Part shown: piece by piece, positions 10,873 through 20,719 of the stretch
Numbering within the stretch: position 1 is the stretch's first letter
Layout: every line of letters starts with the position of its first letter
Origin: Corallochytrium limacisporum Hawaii
Taxonomy: Eukaryota; Protista; Pluriformea
Assembly (NCBI GenBank): GCA_002811645.1
Contig: PDIP01000064.1
Location: 129,188 to 193,187 of the forward strand
Direction: 5' to 3'
Length of the DNA: 64,000 nt
Notes under the pieces: generated by a model
What the model was told of the DNA's origin: nothing
The model's database searches: none
What the model saw: only the letters and a program-made list of their open reading frames with translations
Made by a program: the position numbers and the translations under genes

Positions 10873-13323
10873 ATGAACAGTAATCTTGGGTCAGGGTGTG
10901 CTGATCCCAGCATTGACAAAGACACTGCTTCCAAGGCACTTCAGGCTAAGCTAGAGAACCGTCCAGCCAAGGACGTTCTTTTGCAACATAACGTGCTCAA
11001 GGATGCTAGTGTCTCACCAGCATTGCAGGAGCGGAAGATTCAGCTCGAGAAACAGCAGGTGAAGGATTTACTGAACCGGGCCATTGTGGACCGTCCTGGA
11101 CCCATGGACTTGGTGAAGGAGTCTATTATGAAACCAGTTTTCGATGAGTCCATATCACAATTAAGCGAAAACAATGCAATGGATGTGGACAACAGTGAGA
11201 GTAATTCCAAAATGGCTGTCGATGATGACAAATCGCCTGGTAAAAAGAAAGCGAAGCAACCTACAGAGAGCACCTATCGGGAGACAGAGACCGAGGCTAA
11301 GGCAATGACAATCGAAGAAAAGACCAAGACTAGTGGTATCGAATCAAAGGCTATTCCACAGCCTCCGCCGCCACCCCCGCCGCCTCAGAAGCAGGGCCGA
11401 GACCGCAAGTTGCGCATACGGTACCATGAGTATAAGGCACCCAGTCCGCATCCCCGTAGCGCCCAGGCGGCTGCCGCCAATAGTGCAAACAGCCGGAGGT
11501 TCAGTCCATTTGAGCACTATTCTCTGCTGCTTCAACAGCAACAGCAATACCTTCAATTCCAGCAGTACATGTTTGCCCAGGCCATGAAGATGCAGCAAGC
11601 ACAACAGGGACAGTCACAACAGCAGGTACGACCACAGCAACAGGGACGAGCTGAAGGTATTTCCAGCAAGGGAACAGCTCCAAAGACGAATCGAAAGTCT
11701 TCTGGAGCAGCATCAGTGTCAAATGTATGTAAAAAGGCCAGCAGCAAGAATTCATCAGACACTGAGTCAGGAAAGGAGAGCTCACCTATAGACGAAAAGG
11801 CCATGGCTGCGGCTCAGAACTTTTACCGGTCAATGATGCCCGTTATGATGGCACCACCGAGACCTCCTCCTCCGCCGCCGCCGCCTGTACCTCCGGGCCG
11901 CCTGCCAATCAGCCGGAACCCAAAGTCGACAGTTCCTTTCGTACCCATGCCTCAGCAATTTGCTGCAGCGGTGGCTCAGCAGTACCAAGAATGGCATATG
12001 CGACACATGGCAAGCATGAGCGCCGCAGCAGCCCACCATCAAGCACAGCTTGCTGCACAACAGAAGGGAAACAAGTCTAAGGCCTCAGATGATTCCGACA
12101 GTGCGGAGAGCAGTGGTCGTAAAGCAAATGGTGAAAGTACCGCACGCAGAATTCCGACTCCGCCTCCTATGCCTCCGATCAAGGACAACACAAAGAAGAG
12201 CACAGCAAAGGCACGCGCCAAGACACGCAAGAGTAGCGTTTCAGCTGAAAAGGTACTGGACGACGACGAAGGACAGACCTCATCTAGCAGCAGCCCGAAA
12301 ACTCTTCCCCAGGACGTCGCCCAAGCAGCAGCAGAGGCTGCTGCGCAGGCATTGCAACAGCGTGGGAAGCATGTCAGGCGACCGGTGCCTCAGCTTACCA
12401 AAGAACAGTGTGAGCAAATGCGATTGAGTGACATTAGGGAGATTCTGAAGCAGCGGAACTTGACTGTAAGTGGTAATAAGGATGTCCTCATTCAGAGGCT
12501 GCTGCAAGACTTAGAATCAGACACCCCCTCCAACGGTGCCAATGGTCCCAAAGTTGGCAGGCGTGCCCGCAGTCGCTCCGTCGGTCGTGCAAACCCTCGG
12601 CTTTTAGCCAAGGTACAAAGTGGTACAACTGCGTTACCTCGTCGGAATACCACACGACCGAGGATCAACAGCTTGCAGAACAAGCCTACCAAAACGCGGG
12701 ATAGCGACAGTAGCATCTCGGATCCTCCAGATGAGGCCATGCGGCAGGTTATCTCCGCTCTATTGCAGGACGGTCCACTTCCCGAGGTTCTTGAGCGCAA
12801 CGTTTCTCGGGACAGCACTCAGAGCAACCCCGAAGTACTAAATCATGACCTGCCATTGACCCCAGACTTTCTGCGCTTCACGCCAAAGTCCACCGCGAAT
12901 GCGCATGATGCAGATGGAACAACGCTCATGACCCCTATGACAAAGGAGTTGCAGGATCTTATGATGGGCGGCTCCATTGATGAGAAGGAGCTGAGTAACC
13001 TGTTTCAAGGTTTCGATGACTTTGGCACTGGTCTGACTCCTTCAACTCCAACCACCCTCAAGCGTGTGTATTCGGACGTTGTCCTAACCCCGCAGTGCAA
13101 CATGCACAACCGGGACCCGTTGAAGATCGTCACCAACAACACCGTTACCGTGCAGCAGTCTCTGGATCCGGACATCTTCAGCCCCTTAGTAGATGAATAT
13201 GCGGATATGGAGAGTGCCATGGACCCCCTCGGTCTTAGCTCTGCGGATTTCTTCAGCGGGCTCAAGATCATGGAAGGTACCAATGGCAATTTGGACGGCA
13301 CCGACTGGATGACGACCAGTTAA
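10873..13323 (+). CDS. Myocardin/MRTF-like transcriptional coactivator (2 RPEL, B1 basic box, Q-rich, SAP, acidic C-terminus)
   Basis: RPEL motifs KLENRPAKDVLLQHNVLK and AIVDRPGPMDLVKESIMK; B1-like RKLRIRYHEYKAP; Q box YSLLLQQQQQYLQFQ; SAP domain MRLSDIREILKQRNLTVSGNKDVLIQRL; acidic/hydrophobic tail. Confidence 0.88.
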   Translation: MNSNLGSGCADPSIDKDTASKALQAKLENRPAKDVLLQHNVLKDASVSPALQERKIQLEKQQVKDLLNRAIVDRPGPMDLVKESIMKPVFDESISQLSENNAMDVDNSESNSKMAVDDDKSPGKKKAKQPTESTYRETETEAKAMTIEEKTKTSGIESKAIPQPPPPPPPPQKQGRDRKLRIRYHEYKAPSPHPRSAQAAAANSANSRRFSPFEHYSLLLQQQQQYLQFQQYMFAQAMKMQQAQQGQSQQQVRPQQQGRAEGISSKGTAPKTNRKSSGAASVSNVCKKASSKNSSDTESGKESSPIDEKAMAAAQNFYRSMMPVMMAPPRPPPPPPPPVPPGRLPISRNPKSTVPFVPMPQQFAAAVAQQYQEWHMRHMASMSAAAAHHQAQLAAQQKGNKSKASDDSDSAESSGRKANGESTARRIPTPPPMPPIKDNTKKSTAKARAKTRKSSVSAEKVLDDDEGQTSSSSSPKTLPQDVAQAAAEAAAQALQQRGKHVRRPVPQLTKEQCEQMRLSDIREILKQRNLTVSGNKDVLIQRLLQDLESDTPSNGANGPKVGRRARSRSVGRANPRLLAKVQSGTTALPRRNTTRPRINSLQNKPTKTRDSDSSISDPPDEAMRQVISALLQDGPLPEVLERNVSRDSTQSNPEVLNHDLPLTPDFLRFTPKSTANAHDADGTTLMTPMTKELQDLMMGGSIDEKELSNLFQGFDDFGTGLTPSTPTTLKRVYSDVVLTPQCNMHNRDPLKIVTNNTVTVQQSLDPDIFSPLVDEYADMESAMDPLGLSSADFFSGLKIMEGTNGNLDGTDWMTTS

Positions 13324-13521
13324 ATCCGTGCTTCCTTGTCATAACCCAAGCACCATTGATCATCAACACCTAGAGTGTCTTGGTTAAAAGTTTCAAGTTG
13401 TACGTTGGTACTATGTATAATAGAACTATTTGACGTTTTATTTCCATTTGATAATTGTGAAACTATTGAGGCATTGAGCAATGAGGAACTCTACTGAAAC
13501 AAATTAGGCCCCCTCCCGTCT

Positions 13522-13531
13522 GGGCGCGAAA
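13522..13531. promoter_or_regulatory. E2F site (GGGCGCGAAA) upstream of NASP
   Basis: Exact reverse complement of the 10-mer TTTCGCGCCC found upstream of ATAD5. Confidence 0.5.
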
Positions 13532-13851
13532 ACATGGGGAAAACCGGGAGGGAACGAGATAGGGGGCTTCATGAGCACTTTGGAAGTTGGGCGCCGGGGG
13601 AAGCCTCGAGCACCAGTATGACAGTTCACTGTGCCAATGGCTTGATTTTACTTCTCCTTTGCGTGGACTCTATGTGTGTGACATTTGTGCCTTCTGTGCT
13701 GTGCCGTGTCGTGCCTGGAATTAGATAAATATTCAGGTATCAAGGTACGAGATTAAGGTTACAGTGTAAGAGTTAGAGAGATTGCTCAGGCGGTCGAATC
13801 ACATTGCTCAGCAAGCAGTTCGATTTGTAGGTAGTCACTCTCAAGAAAGCA

Positions 13852-15174
13852 ATGCCAGGCGAAACAGTCGTGAACAACAGCCAGCTGGAAAATCAACCGC
13901 AAGAAAAAAAGCCGGTCGTGAAGAACGAGGAAAATAAGATGGACGACGAACTAGCAAAATTAGCGCAATGGAGCGAGGATCCTCCGGAGGAACAGAACGG
14001 CACGAACGCCGACGTCGCTGCCGCTCCCGCCATGAACCCTGAAGAGGCCAAGAAAACCGGAAACGAAAAGATTCAGCTCGGTCAGAAATTGTACGCTCTT
14101 CGTGACTTCAGTCGGGCAGCCGATTCCTTTGAAGCGGCTCTGGAAATTCTGGTGCCCGTCCATGGTGACATGGCTTTGGAACTGGCCAACGTATACTACA
14201 TGTATGGTACCTCGATCCTGGAACAGAACCGGGCAGAAGGCAATATTTTTGGGGGTGGTGGTAGTGGTGCTGACAAGGACGCAGAAGAAGCCGAAGACGA
14301 TGACGACGCAGACATTTTGGGCGTTGAGGGTGACCGAACCAAGGCTCTGGGTGCCTCTGGCCACGAGGAAGAGATTGACCAGGCCAAACCCACAGAAGAG
14401 GCAGAAGTCGATCTGGTGGAGGCCAAGAGTAAGGGCAAAGATGCGGCTGACGGCGATGGTGGTGCCCAAGCTGCCGACGAAGAGGCTATTGAGAATCTAC
14501 AAATTGCGTTTGAGTGTCTAGAGACAGCCCGTGTGATTTGGGAGAAGGCGAGTGGGGAGGATACATCATCCACCGAACACTTGCCGATGCTCATCAAGTG
14601 TCATGAGCGTCTGGCTGAGTGTGCGGCAGAAAGCAATGCCTATCCTCAGGCCATCGCAGACTATGCTGAGGGCATTAAACTGCACATTAAACTACATGGA
14701 GACAAAGACGGGCGAGGTCGGGCCCACCTCCACTTCCAAAAGGCTCTGATGCACGAAAATGTCAAGGAGCACAAGGAAGCCATCTCGAACCTGGAAAAGG
14801 CGATTGAAATCTTGGAGAGTCGCAAGCTAACAATGAAAGCTCAGGCCACAACAGGAGGTGACAAGGCTGCACAGGAACTAAAAGATCTCGACGCCATTAT
14901 TGGCGACGTTAATCGACGCTTGCAGGAAGTGCGCGTGGATGAGAAGGAGTTCGCCAAGCTCACCAGCAACCTGAAGGACAGCGTAAAGGAAGCTTTCGGT
15001 GGACTGGTCAGTGCAGCCGTAGGAAGTTCCGCAGGCGGCAGTAGTAGTGCCGGTGCGTCAGCTGGCAACGCACCCGCTGCGCCCGCCAACGACCTAACCT
15101 CACTCGTCCGGAAGCGTAAGAAGGAGGCAGTGAAGGAAGATGAGGAACCCCAAAAGGCTCCCAAGACAGAGTAA
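13852..15174 (+). CDS. NASP: NASP/Sim3/Hif1 histone chaperone (SHNi-TPR)
   Basis: TPR helices interrupted by an acidic stretch (ANVYYMYGTSILE...ENLQIAFECLETARVI), ESNAYPQAIADY, C-terminal NDLTSLVRKRK NLS. Confidence 0.92.
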   Translation: MPGETVVNNSQLENQPQEKKPVVKNEENKMDDELAKLAQWSEDPPEEQNGTNADVAAAPAMNPEEAKKTGNEKIQLGQKLYALRDFSRAADSFEAALEILVPVHGDMALELANVYYMYGTSILEQNRAEGNIFGGGGSGADKDAEEAEDDDDADILGVEGDRTKALGASGHEEEIDQAKPTEEAEVDLVEAKSKGKDAADGDGGAQAADEEAIENLQIAFECLETARVIWEKASGEDTSSTEHLPMLIKCHERLAECAAESNAYPQAIADYAEGIKLHIKLHGDKDGRGRAHLHFQKALMHENVKEHKEAISNLEKAIEILESRKLTMKAQATTGGDKAAQELKDLDAIIGDVNRRLQEVRVDEKEFAKLTSNLKDSVKEAFGGLVSAAVGSSAGGSSSAGASAGNAPAAPANDLTSLVRKRKKEAVKEDEEPQKAPKTE

Positions 15175-15236
15175 ATCATGATCATATGCAAAACGTATCA
15201 AAGAAGACTTCTGTGAATGTTTCTTCGGTGTATTAT

Positions 15237-16662
15237 TCAGAGACGCCTGAACTTAATCGCGATCGAACCCGATGCGCCTGGACCTAGTTCTCCTGTGCGA
15301 ATTTCCTTGTTCCGCGGGTCGCTGCCCTTGGGGTTGACTTTGCCCCGCAGGGAGGGGGGCGGCACAATGACGCCCGTGTCGTAGTCAAGCTGTGGCTTCT
15401 GATGCTCAAGCCACTCCTCCGATTCAACGGTTTTGCTACTGCTGCGTTCTACTCGAAAGTTGACGGGAAAGCCACCATGGTTGAAGAGAGTAATGGTCTT
15501 CTCTGCGAGGGCCTGTTTGCCTTGTAGTTCAGATTCGTCAGTAGTGCCGCCTCTGATACACTTTAGAGACTGTACCTCAGTCACTTCGTCGTCAATTGGT
15601 AACATGACGTCGCCAAAGTCCAGTACAGGCACCTCTGGTTTGTACTCTAAGATAGGACGAATGCTGCTGCCCTTGAGGACCAAGTTCATGTTCTGTTGAT
15701 TTCCGAAAGAAAGGCCCATTCCTGATGGTAATTGGCTTCCTCGCTGGGTTCAAAAGCCAGGAACAGTGGGATACTCCCCCCAGGTGGAATATCTCGCAGC
15801 GAGGCCTTCAGGAAGAACGGACCGTGGGGGTCTAAGCAGTAGCCCGAGGTCTCCAAATACTCAGTCTGCGAGTGGTTGTGCAGGAGTACAACCTTGGTGG
15901 TGCACTCTCCAAGAGGTAAATGTCCAAAATCAATGCACTCATGGCTTGAAGACAGTCCGTCCTTTGTAGCATATGAATGGCTGCCATTGCCACTGATTGT
16001 TATGAAAGGCCGAGTAGCATACCCTTCACTAAGAGACGTACATGAATGCGCTCCGCCGCAGGCTTTCGTAGATTCATGTATCTCTTTCGTGTCTCAGCTG
16101 TGGTTAAGGAAGGATCACGATGCAGATCATCGCTCAGCTCGGCTGCAGGACTCCAGAAAAATTGAATCTCTTGAGCAATGGATCGAATCCTTTGTTCTTC
16201 CCTCATGGCCCCTGTCTTTGAAGCAGGCGTTTGCCGATTAGACAGATCTTGGGCAACACGCTTCGTGTTCTCACTCTCTTTGGCTGTCAATTGTACGCTA
16301 CCGCTGTTCTGTTTGCCTGAGCCGACACGCTTACCGCTGGCGGAACGGGCTCCTTTCTTGCCTCCACTCTTGCCGTGTCATGTTCCGCAGTCAGTGCGTC
16401 TTCTTGTCTACCTACCAGAGGCTGTCCCTGACCATTAGCAGTATTGCAATGTGCAACGCCAGGAACAATCCCTGAGGACGGCGTCGTCTTGGCCCTAACT
16501 CTATTCGATCTTTTTCGTCGTACCATGCCAAAATATGTGCTACCTGCAGTTCGTTGTGGTGATCACCCTCAGCCACATTCTCCACCGCTCCCGAGGCAGC
16601 CATTGCTGACTGTGAGTTGTGCTCAGTTGAATGGTGCGGTGCAATCGGGTTCCAGATCCCAT
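15237..16662 (-). pseudogene. Truncated, multiply frameshifted ASH (ASPM-SPD2-Hydin) Ig-domain gene, CFAP74-like
   Basis: Stitched frames give TTPSSGIVPG...YATRPFITISG...IDFGHLPLGECTTKVVLLHN...CLDPHGPFFLKASLRDIPPGGSIPLFLAFEP...NLVLKG...VLDFGDV...KTITLFNHGGFPVNF...GELGPGASGSIAIKF. The frame 15686-16093 is missing from the ORF track. The similarity to CFAP74 is from my recollection of that family, not from a search. Confidence 0.7.
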
Positions 16663-17322
16663 TTTAAGTTTCCAAAATTATCGTATAATTTTAATATGTT
16701 CAAACATCCATATTGTTGTGTTCGTGAGAAATAGCCCATGAACATGGTTGATGGCGTATTGAGGTCCGCTGGGCTTCAGTGTTGTCTGCGTGTCCCATTT
16801 CTGGCACTTGTGTCCCTTGAAAACCCCTTCCCCCCCTCTCCTCCGCGGCCCGTTCGGTCGCACGAAGGGTCTGTCGGGCCGGCCATAGGTCTCCAGAGCC
16901 ACCGATTCGAGAATATATTTCGCCAAAAAAAAAATGAGACCTTAATTTCGCATTTTCCGTACCCAATGTGGGGGCGATCGGGTAGTGCAATACTGAAGGT
17001 ACCGAAAGCCAATGGGTGAACGGGTCGTGCCAGCCGCCTTCCGGCTAAGCGACGACATTACGCAACTTGATGGGTCCTAATACCACACGTCCACACCTTT
17101 TGCCCGCACCTTGGGTATTCGCGGTCGACCGGCTTTTACGATTCGCGCACAACAATTACTAAGCGGTGAGGGAGGGTCTCCCGCACAACATCCGCACACC
17201 CATGATGACGGTCAGGGGCATGGGTGTTCGTACGAGTATTTCAGCCGGGAGGCGCCAGAGAAGTTTGAATATTGCAATCAGGTCAGTTCAATACGGGTTA
17301 TTGACAGGACCACATATACGCT

Positions 17323-18180
17323 ATGTTCAATTATTGGATTGACCGTGAAAACCAGGGCTATCAGCCAGCGATTTTGATAACCGGCGGTGCTTCTGGAATT
17401 GGGGCACAAACCGCTCGGCGTTTCCATCGGGCAGGTTGGTTTGTGGGTGTTGTGGATCTCAATGTCGACGGACTCAGCAATCTTGCAGATGAGCTAGGAA
17501 ATAAGAATGTATTCAAGAGAGGTTGCGATGTCACCAGTGTGGAAGATGTCGAAGCGACTTTGAAGGAGTTCACTGACGCGTCTAAAGGAAGGCTTGACAT
17601 AATGTTCAACTGTGCCGGTGTCCTTAGCACCGGCCCTTTCATTAATCTTGACATCAAGCGCCACATTCTACACTGTGATGTAAACTCCAAGGGGGTTGTC
17701 ATATGCACAAAGTTAGCCATCCCGTACCTGACTAGGACCGGTACAAACACTGGTCTCATCAACATGGCCAGCGCGAGCAGTTTCTTTGGCGTGCCAGAGT
17801 TTGCCTCATACTCGGCCAGCAAGCATTTTGTGAAAGGCTTGACGGAAGCTCTTAACATCGAATTGTATGACCAAGGCATTAATGTGTTTGCTATCAGTCC
17901 TGGATTCGTGGACACTCCGATGGTGCACGGGACCAACGAATTGAATACGACTTGCCAGCGTATGAACCCGGATTTAATATCTGTAGACGATGTCGTTGAT
18001 GATGTCTGGGACGCTGCACACCGCTACGGTACCATTGGGTACCACTACAAGCCGGGCTTGAAGACAAAACTCCTTGCCAGTGTCGTCAGTTTCGGGAACG
18101 TGTTCTTCACGCAGAGCTTTTCACGTTTCATCATTCTTACCTTGAACTGGACCACCCAGGCGCGTGAGATCACCAAATGA
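17323..18180 (+). CDS. Classical short-chain dehydrogenase/reductase
   Basis: ILITGGASGIG Rossmann motif, FNCAG, catalytic YSASK, ISPGFVDTPM. Confidence 0.93.
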   Translation: MFNYWIDRENQGYQPAILITGGASGIGAQTARRFHRAGWFVGVVDLNVDGLSNLADELGNKNVFKRGCDVTSVEDVEATLKEFTDASKGRLDIMFNCAGVLSTGPFINLDIKRHILHCDVNSKGVVICTKLAIPYLTRTGTNTGLINMASASSFFGVPEFASYSASKHFVKGLTEALNIELYDQGINVFAISPGFVDTPMVHGTNELNTTCQRMNPDLISVDDVVDDVWDAAHRYGTIGYHYKPGLKTKLLASVVSFGNVFFTQSFSRFIILTLNWTTQAREITK

Positions 18181-18252
18181 GACTTGCATTACAGTCTATT
18201 GTGTGCCAAAAAGCAAGCTTCTTTATTGCTATATTTTTATTAGTGCCTTGAC

Positions 18253-19953
18253 TTAGAACTTGAAAGAGTATTTATGGCGACGATGGCCGCCGCCGCCGCC
18301 GCCGCCGCCGCCTCCTCCGCGTCTATGACCGCCGAATCCGGAACCACCGAATCCACCAGATCCGCCAAAGCCTCCAAAACCACCAAAACCTCCGAAACCT
18401 CCGAAGCCTCCGAAGCCGCCGGGTCCGCCACCGCCACCGCGACCTCCTCCAGCTTCGTCGTCGAAGGGATCAATACCACGGTCAAATTGTTTGCGTTTCT
18501 CTGGGTCACCAAGTACTTCCTTGGCCAACTGGATATCGTGGTACTTCTTCTCTGCAAGATCTTTGTCATCTCCTTCAAATTTGTCGGGATGCCATTCAAG
18601 ACTCAGTTTACGGTAAGCCTTATTGATCTCCTTCTTGGTAGCACTACGGGAGACGCCTAGAATCTTGTAGTAGTCTCGCTTGCCCGCTTGCTTCTTGAGT
18701 TTCTCTGCTTCTCGTAACTTGCTCTCAACAAACTGGTCATTACCACGTTTTTCCAGGACGGCCTTATAATCCAAAATAGCTTCATCGTACATTTCATTAG
18801 CAACCCGGGCCTGTGCACGGTTGAGACGCGAGTCAATGTCTTCTTCGTCCTGTTCAAAAGCAGTGCTGCACCACTTGCCTGCGGCCGCTGCCCGATCGCT
18901 CTTGACAAGGAGGTCACACCATTGGGCAGCAACTCTGCCCATAACCTTTGCGCTATATTTGGAACCCAAAGATTCTTGTAACTTGTCAATTTGTGTCAGT
19001 TCTTCTTCTGCAACCTTCCACTTTTTTGCCTCCGCGGCCTTTACACTCTTCTTGAGTAGTTTTTGCAATTTCTTGAGGTCCTTGAATTTCGGATGACACT
19101 CAGGATGTTCGGGATCATGTGTTAGACACACCCTCAGATGACGCAATGCTTCGTCAATGTCGCCAGTCATTTCGTAGTGCAGGGCGTACATCTGAAGTGC
19201 CTGACTCACCGGATCCGCCTTACCAACTACGGTAGCGGTTTCCATCTGGCGGATGGCATCCTGGACACGACCAAGCTTCAGGTAAATAGAAGCCAGAGTG
19301 TTACGTACCTTTTCGTTACTTGGGCTCATATCCTTCAGCTTCTCATAGACTTCGAGTGCACCTTGGTAGTTTCCCTTATCAAACTTAGCCTTTCCTGAGG
19401 TTTCCAGTTGCTTTGCCTTGTTCAATTTCTTCATCAGGGTCTGAACCTCGTCAAGAGTCTGTTCAATGATCTTCAACTCCTCCTGATCGGCATCTGGCTT
19501 GTCTGCTTCAAGCAAGTCCTTTGTTGCAATCAAATATTCACGACTTTTTGCCCAATGGCCTAGACCCAGAGTCGTCTCTGCGGCCCGAAGGTACGCCGGC
19601 ATGAAGGCAGGGTCTGCATCCATGGCAATTTCAAAGTCAGAGAGGGCGTCACTGTAACGATTTAGAACCATTTTACACAGTCCTCGACGAAAGAACGAAC
19701 GACAATTCTGTTGATCTTGCAGAGTCACACCGTCTTCTTCTTCCTCGTCATCCTTTTGCATTATCATGACATCTATGCCGTCCAGAGCCACGTTGTACGA
19801 CTCCAGGGCAACCTTGAAATTTCGGGCATTGAACTCGCGCTCCGCTGTTTCCAGTGCCTCCTTACGCTCTTCGGGCGTAATATTTTGCCCGAAGGTCAAC
19901 TGGACCAGCACTAGGAGCGCAACCCATACCCATAATGAAACCTGTTTGGCCAT
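18253..19953 (-). CDS. DNAJC3: DNAJC3/P58IPK ER-lumenal TPR co-chaperone
   Basis: Signal peptide, tandem TPRs, CLTHDPEHPEC, J-domain RDYYKILGV...WHPDK, Gly/Phe-rich tail. Confidence 0.93.
   Translation of the reverse strand: MAKQVSLWVWVALLVLVQLTFGQNITPEERKEALETAEREFNARNFKVALESYNVALDGIDVMIMQKDDEEEEDGVTLQDQQNCRSFFRRGLCKMVLNRYSDALSDFEIAMDADPAFMPAYLRAAETTLGLGHWAKSREYLIATKDLLEADKPDADQEELKIIEQTLDEVQTLMKKLNKAKQLETSGKAKFDKGNYQGALEVYEKLKDMSPSNEKVRNTLASIYLKLGRVQDAIRQMETATVVGKADPVSQALQMYALHYEMTGDIDEALRHLRVCLTHDPEHPECHPKFKDLKKLQKLLKKSVKAAEAKKWKVAEEELTQIDKLQESLGSKYSAKVMGRVAAQWCDLLVKSDRAAAAGKWCSTAFEQDEEDIDSRLNRAQARVANEMYDEAILDYKAVLEKRGNDQFVESKLREAEKLKKQAGKRDYYKILGVSRSATKKEINKAYRKLSLEWHPDKFEGDDKDLAEKKYHDIQLAKEVLGDPEKRKQFDRGIDPFDDEAGGGRGGGGGPGGFGGFGGFGGFGGFGGFGGSGGFGGSGFGGHRRGGGGGGGGGGGHRRHKYSFKF
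18286..18440 (-). repeat. Coding (GGF)n / poly-Gly low-complexity repeat in the DNAJC3 tail
   Basis: 9-nt period (ccaaagcct/ccgaaacct) and a (gcc)n run; encodes GGFGGFGGF...GGGGGGGGGGG. Confidence 0.9.
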
Positions 19954-20719
19954 AGTTTCGAGGCATCGAGCTGTGGATCCACGGTACCATACTCTTGCTA
20001 TCGTGGACTATTTAGAGTCGTTCAGTTGATGACATCGCTTATTGTCAAGTACCTTTATCTGTTCCTCGTATCGCGGGCGCACAAGTAGCATCCGTCAAAA
20101 TGTAAAGCCTCACTTATGCTGTCTCAAAACGAGGATCAGATGGCTCGATCGAGTCAAGCGGCGGCCAGTACACAAGCCAGTGTTTTCCCTCCCAGAAGAA
20201 CAAAACAAAATCAGCCCCGGTACAATACCCATGCAATTCACTGCCTCCAACGGGCGGAGCGCTGTTGAGACCTTTGCCCTTGTGAGCTAAATATCAGATA
20301 GAGGCATACCCCCACGAAAGGCAAGGCCAGCTGCTGGCTTCGCAGGACGGTGATGGCCGCTGGCAGTAGTGAAACTACCAAAGGGGCGGGACAGCCAATC
20401 GCTGGCCTTTGCGTGGCAGAAACGGGAATTAATCTAATCGATAAATCAGCTTTGTCCCCTGCACCATTGTGTAGTATGTTATGTATGGAACTGGGCCACA
20501 ATCGAAGATTCGTGCCTATTTTTGTGCCGGCCAGGCGGGGACCGTATTCGGTCGCGAGACTCATGCGCAGTCGAAATAGGGAAGGGCGTGTTCATGCAAC
20601 CTGTCACGGAATCAGGGGAAGGTATGGAAACCTAGATATGGAGAAGGTATAGACAGAGTGATGATTCTGTTCTACGCATTTTATGACGAAGTTTACCCAG
20701 TAATACATCATTTTAGCGC

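Noticed and set aside
16369-16415. GTAGGT...CTGAC...AAG as a 47-nt intron repairing one CFAP74-like frameshift
   Set aside because: It is frame-compatible, but purine-rich with an AAG acceptor, and I found no equivalent introns at the other junctions; left as a possibility only.
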